From Candidatus Latescibacterota bacterium (GTDB lineage: Bacteria; Latescibacterota; UBA2968; GCA-2709665): a DNA stretch of 64,000 nt. The position numbers were made by a program, and so were the translations under genes. This document shows positions 18,822 through 28,085 of this stretch, one piece after another (within the stretch, counting starts at the first letter, position 1; every line of letters begins with the position of its first letter). The stretch lies in assembly GCA_965116875.1 (NCBI GenBank), contig OZ220733.1:1024001-1088000 (forward strand). The letters are read 5' to 3'. The notes beneath the pieces were generated by a model that made no database searches, was not told the origin of the DNA, and saw only the letters and a program-made list of their open reading frames with translations.

Positions 18822-19634
18822 CTAGCGTGCGGGCGTCTCCCCTGCGGGAAACATGGTGAAACCCACCTCTGACGAATGATCCTGAATCCAACTGTCATTG
18901 TCATATCTGCGAGCCTTTGAATAAACCATGACATCTCCCGCGCCTCCGGCAAACGTGGCACTCAACAGGAAAAGCGACCAGAGCGCGGGGTCCCACAGCA
19001 GCACCAATACCGCAATCGGCGTGGTTACGATCATCGGCAAGACTGCGAATACCCGGAAAGCGCTTAGTGTCATCGGTTTGTCAGCGTGGCAATATAAGGC
19101 CATTAATCGTGTGTTGATCCCAAAGTGCAGTGACCTGAATGGTATTTTTCCCCACGCCATCGCGGCAAGACCGTGAAGCGCTTCGTGTGCAATATAGATA
19201 GCGAGAAGGAGTCCTACGAATTTGATGAATCCTCCGAACGATAGTCGTAAATCAAGATCCCACGAAGAAAAGAATCCAACCAACAGGATTGTCATTGCGG
19301 CAAGACAGAACATTAGGGCCGACAATGCGTGTACTTCCTCTTTATCGAATATCACTTCATGAGATTTCAGGCCAACACCGCCGTTGGTGTGTTCGGTATC
19401 CGGCTTTAGCAGTCCACAGACTGCGGACACCATTCCCGCTGCAGTTTCATAGAACTTTCTTCGGAAGATTATAAATGAGATTGCCTGAACAACCAGGACC
19501 GCCATCAGGACCGCAAGACCGATTTGAATGACGTATCTGAGAATCAGCAAGACAGGCGCAACGGAAAATAACACGTACGCTATGGCAGCGAGAACCCAAC
19601 CTCTCCACGTTCGTGTGTGGAGGATGTCGGTCAT
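18822..19634 (-). CDS. DUF3267-like putative membrane zinc peptidase with two extra N-terminal TM helices
   Basis: HEALH, YCHAD, GAGD and QDHSSEVG; AAGGAGG precedes ATG 19634. Confidence 0.8.
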   Translation of the reverse strand: MTDILHTRTWRGWVLAAIAYVLFSVAPVLLILRYVIQIGLAVLMAVLVVQAISFIIFRRKFYETAAGMVSAVCGLLKPDTEHTNGGVGLKSHEVIFDKEEVHALSALMFCLAAMTILLVGFFSSWDLDLRLSFGGFIKFVGLLLAIYIAHEALHGLAAMAWGKIPFRSLHFGINTRLMALYCHADKPMTLSAFRVFAVLPMIVTTPIAVLVLLWDPALWSLFLLSATFAGGAGDVMVYSKARRYDNDSWIQDHSSEVGFTMFPAGETPAR

Positions 19635-19732
19635 CCGGGACCTCCTTTTCGCATGAATGCCCCTTATCTGAGGGGCAGGAACCTGTATTGTAATTTGTTC
19701 GCGGCGTAATTTCAAGAACCGTCGAACAACGG

Positions 19733-20587
19733 CTATTCACCTTCTCCTGGCGTATCTGTTGTCACAATCGCATCGGGGTCGGCTGATTGAGTACCGGTCG
19801 AAATCTGGTGAAACCACCAGAGTCCAAGCGCAGCCAATAACACGCCACCACCTGTCCACCACCACGGATTGAAGACCACGACATTGAAATCTTCTGCTAC
19901 TATGAAATATGGTATTTCGAAGTGCAAAGTCGTGACGCCGATGAAATTGTTCAATGCGTGACCGAAAAGTGCGGGCCACAAAGATCCCGTCCGGAAATAC
20001 CACCAGGCGAATACGAACCCGTACAAGAGGGCCGGAGGAAACTGCCACGGGTTCAGATGCCCCACGCCGAAGAGAAGCGCCGACCAGGCCATGGCCCTGT
20101 TCCCGGAATAGCGGACCAGCAGACCGCCGAATATCACACCTCTGTATAGAAACTCTTCGACGGACGGCGCGACAAACACGGCCCGAAAAACAGCTGAGGA
20201 ATAAGATGTCTTGCGCCCGAACTCCGAATTGAAAACGTCCTGGACGAAATCAGGCATAGGAACCAAGTGAATCACCACTTTATCCAATTCAAACAGAACC
20301 ATCCCGAGACCGACGACCGAGATTGCCACACATGGCCACACACGCGAATCGAAGTTCGTGTTCAGCAATAGTGATGCGTCTCTCCAAGTTCGATCCGTGC
20401 AACGGAAAACGTAGTGCAAGAAGAAAAAGTACACCGCCAGAATTAATATCCCTGTCAAGAGGTTTTCGTGTCGAAAACTCTCGCCGAGGATGGTTTGTAC
20501 AGCGTAGATGATTAATCCCAAAACCGATTGTGTTAACCAGAACAAAACCACCAACCAGATCGACTGCCTAAGGTTTGGATACGTCAT
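19733..20587 (-). CDS. CPBP intramembrane protease
   Basis: EEFLYRG, FGVGH and HALNN; N-terminus MTYPNLRQS. Confidence 0.9.
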   Translation of the reverse strand: MTYPNLRQSIWLVVLFWLTQSVLGLIIYAVQTILGESFRHENLLTGILILAVYFFFLHYVFRCTDRTWRDASLLLNTNFDSRVWPCVAISVVGLGMVLFELDKVVIHLVPMPDFVQDVFNSEFGRKTSYSSAVFRAVFVAPSVEEFLYRGVIFGGLLVRYSGNRAMAWSALLFGVGHLNPWQFPPALLYGFVFAWWYFRTGSLWPALFGHALNNFIGVTTLHFEIPYFIVAEDFNVVVFNPWWWTGGGVLLAALGLWWFHQISTGTQSADPDAIVTTDTPGEGE

Positions 20588-20680
20588 CGAACTCTCGCTA
20601 GTATTTTTTCGTTTAGCTGATCGTCGTCCGCACGTTCAAACATGTCACCTCCCGGTTCCATTCTATAGTGTCAGGCTGTC

Positions 20681-21301
20681 TCAATCTGGCGGGCATTGTC
20701 CTTCCGGCCAGATCAAACACCCAGGTTCAGATGGGTGATCCTGTACCATGGTATCCGTTCCAAATCGGCGCAACTTCAGAAATATCATGATATCTCCAGA
20801 ACACACACAGACTGTTGCACTGAAAAGCAATAGAGACCAGATGGTAGGATCCAGCGAAAATAACAGACCGGCAGCCGGTGTCGTTACGATCAATGGAAAG
20901 AGAATAACGATTCGTTGAACGCGCATTGCCAATGCCTTATCCACATGACAATAGAAGACCAACCACTTCCAATTGGCACCGAATCGAATTGAGCTGAATG
21001 GCACCTTGCCCCATTGCAGTGCTGCAATGGCGTGCAATGCCTCGTGAACTGCAATAAGCAAGACAAGACTTACGAGAAATATCCACCTATCTATGTCTTC
21101 CACGCGAAGCTGAATCTTCGTATGCAACAAATGTGCCCCAAGAAGGCAGAAATTGAACGCCCCAAAAAACAAGATTAATCCAATAATGATCGCATTGACT
21201 TTGCTCACACGGATTTCGTTGACCTCCTTGCCCTTCTCGTTGGTCTCCTGGAGAGCCGCTGCGTACACTTCTTTTACTGCCGACATCGGAGTCTCCATCA
21301 T
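20681..21301 (-). CDS. DUF3267-like putative membrane zinc peptidase
   Basis: HEALH, YCHVD, SGD and QDHPSEPG motifs. Confidence 0.8.
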   Translation of the reverse strand: MMETPMSAVKEVYAAALQETNEKGKEVNEIRVSKVNAIIIGLILFFGAFNFCLLGAHLLHTKIQLRVEDIDRWIFLVSLVLLIAVHEALHAIAALQWGKVPFSSIRFGANWKWLVFYCHVDKALAMRVQRIVILFPLIVTTPAAGLLFSLDPTIWSLLLFSATVCVCSGDIMIFLKLRRFGTDTMVQDHPSEPGCLIWPEGQCPPD

Positions 21302-21411
21302 TGCTATTGGTATGCAGCCGGACCGACGGGCAATCGGTTTGAGGTTTCCTCATCCTTCTTTCTTCGACACACTCAGGATAGACCCAATGAAAAGCCTGCC
21401 CGACAGTCCGT

Positions 21412-21455
21412 GGGTCTGGTTTCCACTAAATGCGTCTTCAGTGGAAACCAGACCC
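21412..21455. terminator. perfect 16-bp stem-loop between the precursor genes and the protease genes
   Basis: GGGTCTGGTTTCCACT-N12-AGTGGAAACCAGACCC with no U-tract. Confidence 0.55.
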
Positions 21456-21501
21456 GTCACTTTGTGATTTGCAACAACTCACCACTATGAACGAATCGGA
21501 C

Positions 21502-21801
21502 TTACAGATTCGACAGGCCGTCAGCCATTTTACTTGCCCATTGATCGAAAGTATCCGATACGAAATTTACGCCATCCATAATCCTATCGCCGTACCAGCA
21601 GACAGATTCAACGATATCCTGGGGCTTTGTCGCTGCTACGACAACGAGTCCGCCCACAATCGCCCAGATGACGGGATGTCCTCCCGAGACTTGGGCCATG
21701 GTATGCTCATTTACGGTTTCTTGTCTTGTCGGCAATGCCGGACAGGAGATGAGTTCGCTCTTTGTATCGGTTGCCCACGGAAAAGCCAATGCATGCGTCA
21801 T
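21502..21801 (-). CDS. double-glycine leader precursor peptide 4 (58-aa core HPVIWAIVGG...)
   Basis: RBS AGGAGG; leader ends LPTRQETVNEHTMAQVSGG. Confidence 0.8.
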   Translation of the reverse strand: MTHALAFPWATDTKSELISCPALPTRQETVNEHTMAQVSGGHPVIWAIVGGLVVVAATKPQDIVESVCWYGDRIMDGVNFVSDTFDQWASKMADGLSNL

Positions 21802-22095
21802 GATTTCCTCCTGGAGAGTTAATTTAATTTCCGCGATTATTGCCTTTCCTGCGTGTCTTGCTTCGCCGAAAGGTTGATGGTTTTCTGGATTTCGGCTGAG
21901 ACGATTACATTGTATCTCGCCCCGATGTAACCCGCTCTATCGTTTTTTCACGTCTTTTTTCGACTACTTAAGTTGAGCGCTGGATTTCCTCGCATTGAAG
22001 TCGCCACCGGACTTCTATCAACCTGTCGAAACTTCAACAATGGTGACTGTGGAATTCGTTAGATCGAATTGCCACTCGTGGTGGCGTGACAAGGA

Positions 22096-22302
22096 TTAAG
22101 GCAGGTCATCAAGGCAGTATTGGTAGAGTTCGGCTATTTCGTCGGCGAAAACATAAGCCAACAGCGCGGGAAGAACAACCGCTGGAAATATCCCTCCCTG
22201 AGTGTTCGTCGCCTCACGACCCACAAGTTCGGTTTCCCGTCCTGGCAGTTGAGCAAAAGCTACGGAATGGTGAGTTGGGGCTACCAGAATTCGATCTCTC
22301 AT
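22096..22302 (-). CDS. double-glycine leader precursor peptide 3 (31-aa core IFPAVVLPALL...)
   Basis: RBS AAAGGAGGT; leader ends LPGRETELVGREATNTQGG. Confidence 0.8.
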   Translation of the reverse strand: MRDRILVAPTHHSVAFAQLPGRETELVGREATNTQGGIFPAVVLPALLAYVFADEIAELYQYCLDDLP

Positions 22303-22473
22303 TTTGCCACCTCCTTTCTACAAGACTCCCGGTGATACGCAGGGGAGTCTCGAGATGCGTGGTATATTGAAGAGATGCCCAACGAATGCGCGGAGCAATC
22401 GGAAGTTCGTGTTCGAGGCTTCGACCGCGAAGGCCACTGTCGCGAACAGCGTTACGGCTGGTTGTCCCGAGCG

Positions 22474-22674
22474 TCAACTTCCGTCTTCTAGGTAATCCCT
22501 GATGGCTTCTGCAATTAACAGAGCAAGAACGGGTACGATTGGTCCTTTTCCAATAGGGGAAATACCCCCCGATGCATGAATCATCTCACCGTACGCAAGG
22601 CCGGTTTCCCGCCCGGGGAGATGGCCGCAGATTACAGCAGCTTGCGTTGGAGTCGATTGAACTTGGTCTGTCAT
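22474..22674 (-). CDS. double-glycine leader precursor peptide 2 (29-aa core ISPIGKGPIV...)
   Basis: RBS AAAGGA; leader ends LPGRETGLAYGEMIHASGG. Confidence 0.8.
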   Translation of the reverse strand: MTDQVQSTPTQAAVICGHLPGRETGLAYGEMIHASGGISPIGKGPIVPVLALLIAEAIRDYLEDGS

Positions 22675-22758
22675 TTCGTCACGTCCTTTCTGTTCTACAT
22701 CTTTGATGTATTGGTGGGTTTCGCAATCGCAATAGCTGCTCGAATTTCTCCCTGACAG

Positions 22759-22962
22759 TTACAGCACGGGACCGGCCGCGCCTGTTTCCGGCAGATTCGT
22801 GCCTATGTCTATCCCGAACAAATTCCTCAGGATATCCCGCCAACGTATGGCTCCGCCGGAGATCTGCGCGGTCTGCACGGCGGTCAAGTCCTCCGTCTTA
22901 ACCGGCAACCTCGCCGGATTCTTCAACGTGCCCACCGTGCTTGATTCGAATCGTTTGTTCAT
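22759..22962 (-). CDS. double-glycine leader precursor peptide 1 (30-aa core AIRWRDILRN...)
   Basis: RBS AAAGGAGGTGA before ATG 22962; leader ends LPVKTEDLTAVQTAQISGG. Confidence 0.8.
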   Translation of the reverse strand: MNKRFESSTVGTLKNPARLPVKTEDLTAVQTAQISGGAIRWRDILRNLFGIDIGTNLPETGAAGPVL

Positions 22963-23688
22963 GTCTATCACCTCCTTTCGTAAACATCCCAGCGACAACC
23001 GATCATTGCCGTTTCCTGACAAACCGTGTGCCGCTGCGCGTCGCTGAAATGTCCTGATTTACGAAGCGTTCCGATTGCCGTTTCGGGTTCCCGCCACACC
23101 TCACTCTCGGGCGGCTTCGGTTGCGAATCATCGGAAGCATCGTGCTGCGTGTGACGTGTGCGTTACGCGCCTCCGTCGACGCATTGGACTCGCAATGATT
23201 GTGCCAATCGCGATGGCCCGGGACCTAACTGTCTGGTATGCAAAAGAGAAGGGTTCGCCGGCTTGTCGGCAGGCCGCCGGTGGATGTCCGGTTCCTGAAC
23301 GATGTGTTCCATTCTGCGTCACCCGGATGAAATCATGTTGCATCTTGCACCGCTCCGGACCGGAGCAGAAGCGCGGCCGCATGAAAAAACACCGGTGAAA
23401 AGAGCCACCGGTGTCTGTTGATCCGTCAATTCAGATTGGGTGCTGTCAGCCCATGCGCGGCGGGCGTGGTCGCGGGACCGCGTGACCACGCTACCGTGCT
23501 ACACGCGGAAACTGCCCGCTTGAGACCTCCCGTTCCTGTTGCCGAGTGGGGCGGATATCGTTAAACTTGGAGGGTGCTGCCGCTGTTAAAGGCAGGGAAA
23601 CGCAGGCCCTATGGGTTTTTTGGGACTCCAGCATCTTCTGGCGTATCCCGGAGCGTGTCGACCTACCACCCGCCGCTCATCGAATTCC

Positions 23689-24132
23689 ATGCGTCTAATC
23701 GGAAAATTGCTTTCTCCAACCTTCGCCAAATTCGCGCTCACGGGCCTGGGCGGCGTGGTTGTGAATCTCGTTTCGTTTCAACTGATGCTCACGTCCGGTG
23801 TGCACGCGCTGCTGGCGTCGCCGATCGCGATCGAACTGTCCATCATCTCCAATTTTCTGCTCAACAACTGGTGGACGTTCGGCAGTCGCGAACTGGCCGG
23901 AAAAAGGCGGGTTCGCGGGCTTAAGTATCATCTTGTATCGCTCGTTTCGCTGATGTTGAGTTACGGCACGTTCGTCCTGCTTTCCGTGCTGTACGCGGAT
24001 GTGCCGCTGGTGATCCTGCAGGGCTGCGCGATCGCACCGGCCGGTGTGCTGAACTATTCCGTCAATTCTCTCTGGACGTTTCGCGAGTCGACTCCGGAGG
24101 GATCGGATGACGCCCGGGACGGTTCCGGATGA
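23689..24132 (+). CDS. GtrA-family membrane protein
   Basis: KFALTG..GVVVN, SNFLLNNWWTF and NYSVNSLWTF motifs. Confidence 0.85.
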   Translation: MRLIGKLLSPTFAKFALTGLGGVVVNLVSFQLMLTSGVHALLASPIAIELSIISNFLLNNWWTFGSRELAGKRRVRGLKYHLVSLVSLMLSYGTFVLLSVLYADVPLVILQGCAIAPAGVLNYSVNSLWTFRESTPEGSDDARDGSG

Positions 24133-26177
24133 TGCGCGCGCACGCCAGGCGCGGATCGCTTAAACCGTTCCGAGATGGCGCGGCTCTGGTTTCTTCTGTC
24201 CTGGCGCCGCTGGTCCTCTACGTACTCACGATGCCGCGCACCGTCGTGTTGGAGGACGACGGGTTGTTTCTGATGGCCGGCGCGCACCTGGGGGTCGCCC
24301 ATCCTCCGGGATATCCGCTCTATACGCTGATCGTCTACCTCTTCACGCTGTTGCCCTTTGGAAGCGTCGCCTTCCTCGGCCATCTTTCCAGCGCGACGCT
24401 GGGCGCGCTCGCGTGCGGATGTGTCTACGTCTGCGGCCGTCTGATCGGCGCCTCGTCCCTTCCCGCCCTGACGGCCTCCCTCCTGTTTGCCGCGTCGGAG
24501 CATTTCTGGTCTCAGGCCATCGTCACCGAGGTCTACACGCTCAATGCGCTGTTTTTCTTCGGCGTCTACGCGCTGATGCTGTACGGCGTCCGCCACCCTC
24601 ACCACACCGGTATCTGGATTGGCGCGGCCGCGACCTGCGGATTGAGCCTGGCCAATCACGTGCCTTTGACGGTGCTGTCAGCGCCGGGACTCGTGCTGCT
24701 GCTCCTTACCGTTCGGCGGAAGGTATACAGTAAGCTTCCGTTGCTCCTCGCCATTCTCGCCTGCAGCGCTGTATTGCCGTATGCCTGGATGGTCTGGCGG
24801 TCTCACCAGGACATTCTAATCAACTTCTACGGTTCGATCGATTCCCTGAAGGAGTTCTGGTTCTACTTCAGCCGGCAGGGGTACGTCGAAGTGGATTTCA
24901 GCCCCAGCGCCGGATGGATTGACCGTTTCAGGTTCATGCAGTGGCTCGGAAACGAATTCCTGTGGCAATTGACGCTGCCCGGATTCGCGCTGTCGGTGCT
25001 TGGCCTGGTGTTTCTGTTTCGCAAGCAGCAGACCGTTATTGCGGGATCGGGACTGCTGGTCTTCCTTACAAACAGCATTGTGTTGATCATCCTGCTGCGC
25101 TTCGATTTCGACTATTTCCAGGCGGCGGTCTTTCGACCCTACTCACTCTTGTGTTACGGCATTCAGGCACTATGGTTGGGCATAGGATTGCAGACTGTCT
25201 ACAACTGGCTGGTGAAGAAATACAAAGACAGAACGCCCCACGGCACCAGTGTCAAAATCGGCGTGGCAGCGCTGGCCGGCGTTGGACTGGTCTCGTGGTC
25301 GGTCCACTCCCACTGGAAGCCAAACGACAGAGCGGAAGACGACTTCGCCGAGCGGTACGTTGAAATGCAGTTGGACTTATTGCCGGAAGAAGCTGTCCTG
25401 TTCGTCTTCGGAGATCCGACCGGCCCTATCGGCTATTATCGATACGTCGAAAACCGCCGACCGGACGTCACACTATACAATCTGCAGGGTCTCGTATATG
25501 GCAAACGCCTGTTCAACCCGTTCATGTCGGCAAAAAAAAAGAACGAGGTCCTCGAACGGTTTATCGATTCGAACGAACGGGCGATCTTCTTCCCGCTGGA
25601 CGTCGATACCTATCCCAACCGCAAACTGCGCATTTACGGCTTTCTCATGGAAGCAGCAAGGAGCGGCAAACCGGGGACGATAGAGTTGAAGCGCCATCCC
25701 CCCGGCGAGGAATTCTTCGAACAGCTCATCAACCGGAGTCCCACCGATCGCTGGGAGCGGGTTCGCCGAAACGAATTGTTATTCCATTACGGGCGATATC
25801 TGGGACTCGTCTATTTTGCGAAGAATCCGATGTTCGAAAAAATCCAGGAACCGTTCCGGCTCGCCCACGGCAGTTGTGCAAGCCTTCTGGGTATGGCCTC
25901 GGTCGTGCTGGATAACGGAGACGACTCACACTGGGAGCAGGTCGCTGAGTGGTTGACCAGGGCGGAGACGCTCAAGCATGAAGCGCTCCAGAAGAAGACC
26001 CTCGCGGAGCTATACTATCAGAAGGGTAGGCTGCTTCAGAATCAGGGCCGGACGAACGCCGCCGTCGTGTCCTTCAGAAAGTCACGAGATGCATATCCCC
26101 ATTCCGAGAACAAGGCGTTAAAGGCCCTCGATCGATACAGGATCGATTTCAAACGCATCAAACAACCACGACGATAG
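24129..26177 (+). CDS. DUF2723/TMEM260-like GT-C glycosyltransferase with C-terminal TPR-like region
   Basis: LGVAHPPGYPLY, WSQA..TEVYTL and LANH motifs; overlaps the GtrA stop. Confidence 0.8.
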   Translation: MMRAHARRGSLKPFRDGAALVSSVLAPLVLYVLTMPRTVVLEDDGLFLMAGAHLGVAHPPGYPLYTLIVYLFTLLPFGSVAFLGHLSSATLGALACGCVYVCGRLIGASSLPALTASLLFAASEHFWSQAIVTEVYTLNALFFFGVYALMLYGVRHPHHTGIWIGAAATCGLSLANHVPLTVLSAPGLVLLLLTVRRKVYSKLPLLLAILACSAVLPYAWMVWRSHQDILINFYGSIDSLKEFWFYFSRQGYVEVDFSPSAGWIDRFRFMQWLGNEFLWQLTLPGFALSVLGLVFLFRKQQTVIAGSGLLVFLTNSIVLIILLRFDFDYFQAAVFRPYSLLCYGIQALWLGIGLQTVYNWLVKKYKDRTPHGTSVKIGVAALAGVGLVSWSVHSHWKPNDRAEDDFAERYVEMQLDLLPEEAVLFVFGDPTGPIGYYRYVENRRPDVTLYNLQGLVYGKRLFNPFMSAKKKNEVLERFIDSNERAIFFPLDVDTYPNRKLRIYGFLMEAARSGKPGTIELKRHPPGEEFFEQLINRSPTDRWERVRRNELLFHYGRYLGLVYFAKNPMFEKIQEPFRLAHGSCASLLGMASVVLDNGDDSHWEQVAEWLTRAETLKHEALQKKTLAELYYQKGRLLQNQGRTNAAVVSFRKSRDAYPHSENKALKALDRYRIDFKRIKQPRR

Positions 26178-26344
26178 GTCTTCAAGAAAGGCTCAACCCT
26201 TTGCCGAAAGATTCGATTGCATATGTTTCGATCCCTGACCACCTGAATGCAGAATCGCGGAAGCGTTGCTGTTTCATAACCAGGGATTCCAGGGATTTCG
26301 CCAATCCGTCCATTGAACCTCTTTTATTCACAAAAACCCAAACG

Positions 26345-26393
26345 AACATGGATAAACAGGATAGACAGGATAAAAGCCAAAACCGAACAGGAT
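26345..26393 (+). repeat. short tandem ACAGGAT repeats (9-nt period)
   Basis: AACATGGAT AAACAGGAT AGACAGGAT ... GAACAGGAT in intergenic DNA. Confidence 0.5.
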
Positions 26394-26735
26394 GAGAAAC
26401 CAGGAGCAGGACAAATGCTCACTCTTCCGTGCAAGAATAATCGACGCCTACCTCTGCAAACTGCGCGACATCACACCGAACAACCAGATTCCGCATTTCT
26501 TCAGGTGCTGTCGTAAAAAAACCTCGCGGTATTTATCGAAATACAACCGGTTATACAACAGAACCGCCGGTCTTTGTGAACAATCCAGGTGAAGACGAAC
26601 TGACCTCTCACAATTGCCGGCTGCTGACGAAATTCGCCGATGGCGTGGGATATGTCCGGCGAGAGTAGCAGTAGTTGCGGTTTCACCACCGGATTGAAGG
26701 TTGATCCAATACAGGAGAATACGCCGCAGTACTTC

Positions 26736-27149
26736 TCAGGGGTGAATCCCTTCCAACTCCGGCAGAAGCCGGACGCTCTCCTGCTCATTGGGGTCGGTGC
26801 GGGCGATGACGGCGATGCAGGGTTCGGTCTGGCTGGCATTGTAGGGAAGGTGGGGGACGCCGGGCGGGATGTAGACAAAATCGCCGCTGTCAACGTGCAC
26901 GTGCTCCTCCAGGTTCTCACCGTACCACATTCCGGACTTGCCGCTGATGACGTAGACGGCGCTCTCGTGGCCTTCGTGCAGGTGGGGCCTGGAGCGTTCG
27001 CCCGATGGGATGGTCAGCAGGTGCATGCTGAGACCGCGAGAGCCGGTATTTTCGGCCGTGACGCCCTTACGATAGGTAAAGGCCTGCTTGCCGGTGAAGA
27101 CGTCCTGCGAGCGAATCAACTTGCATGTCCGAGCGGTTGGCGACGGCAT
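26736..27149 (-). CDS. cupin domain protein
   Basis: HLHEGHES and GDFVYIPPGVPH cupin motifs. Confidence 0.88.
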   Translation of the reverse strand: MPSPTARTCKLIRSQDVFTGKQAFTYRKGVTAENTGSRGLSMHLLTIPSGERSRPHLHEGHESAVYVISGKSGMWYGENLEEHVHVDSGDFVYIPPGVPHLPYNASQTEPCIAVIARTDPNEQESVRLLPELEGIHP

Positions 27150-27167
27150 TATCCATCTCTCCGGGAT

Positions 27168-27986
27168 TTAACGACATTGTTGGTTTGATTGCCCACGGGT
27201 TGCGCGTTTACAAAGACACTGCTTCTTCACGGCCCGGCAACAGAAGACCGGCCAGTAAAACTCGAAATCGTCGTCATCCGCACGACGTATTCCGAACGCG
27301 CTTCTGACTTCCCGCGGCGCGGCGGCGAAGTCCCGATACAAACCCTCCAGCCTCGCCGCAGGCGTCCCAGACCTCTCGACCCACTCACGAAACGTCATAT
27401 CCACCCGCGTGTCCGCGGTATGGGTTATTTCGAAGCCCGCGTCGGTCACGTCCCTGCGCCATGCCCGTGGCGTCGGCGCCGTCATGTGCGTCGGATCCCG
27501 CTCCACTTCCACCCGGTGATGCCAGGCCGCAACGTCCGGTTCTTCCGACGTCGTCGTGTCGCACAGAAGAAAGACGCCCCCTGGCTTCAACACGCGGTGG
27601 ACCTCCGAAAGAAACCTCCCGACGTCCTGAAAATGGTGCGGCGCCGTCCTGCAGGTGACCAGGTCGATCGATGCGTCCGGATACGAAATATCACACGCAT
27701 CGACAATCTCGAAGCGTACGTTTTCAAAACCCCGCTCTTCAGCGATCTTGCGGGCCTGGTCCAGCATCCCCGCCGCGATGTCCGATGCCACGATTGTGTC
27801 ACAAAACCCGGCAACCGCGAATGCCGTGAATCCGGGACCGGTTGCGATATCCAGACCGAGGGCGTAGCGTTCGAGAGACGCCCACGCCGTAAGGATGCGC
27901 AGGCTTTCTCCCGATGCGTGCGCCTCGCTCACGGCATATCTGGCCGCCTGGCGATTAAACTGCTCTCCGGCAGAATTCAATCTCAT
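27168..27986 (-). CDS. class I SAM-dependent methyltransferase
   Basis: LDIATGPG, DLVTCRTAPHHF and RVLKPGG motifs. Confidence 0.88.
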   Translation of the reverse strand: MRLNSAGEQFNRQAARYAVSEAHASGESLRILTAWASLERYALGLDIATGPGFTAFAVAGFCDTIVASDIAAGMLDQARKIAEERGFENVRFEIVDACDISYPDASIDLVTCRTAPHHFQDVGRFLSEVHRVLKPGGVFLLCDTTTSEEPDVAAWHHRVEVERDPTHMTAPTPRAWRRDVTDAGFEITHTADTRVDMTFREWVERSGTPAARLEGLYRDFAAAPREVRSAFGIRRADDDDFEFYWPVFCCRAVKKQCLCKRATRGQSNQQCR

Positions 27987-28085
27987 GCCCGCAGTTTTAA
28001 CGTCATCCTCAAGTCAATTGCCAGTAATCCGGCACGGTCGACGCGAATCCGCTGGTAATGCGCATAAGCGAAGGGAGTCGACGCG

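Noticed and set aside
18003-23058. Identical 15-mer CTGAAATGTCCTGAT at 18003 and 23044, upstream of both the exporter and the precursor operons, as a shared regulator site
   Set aside because: The first copy lies inside the CPBP coding remnant, and an exact 15-mer pair is not unlikely by chance in 64 kb; it would need conservation evidence.
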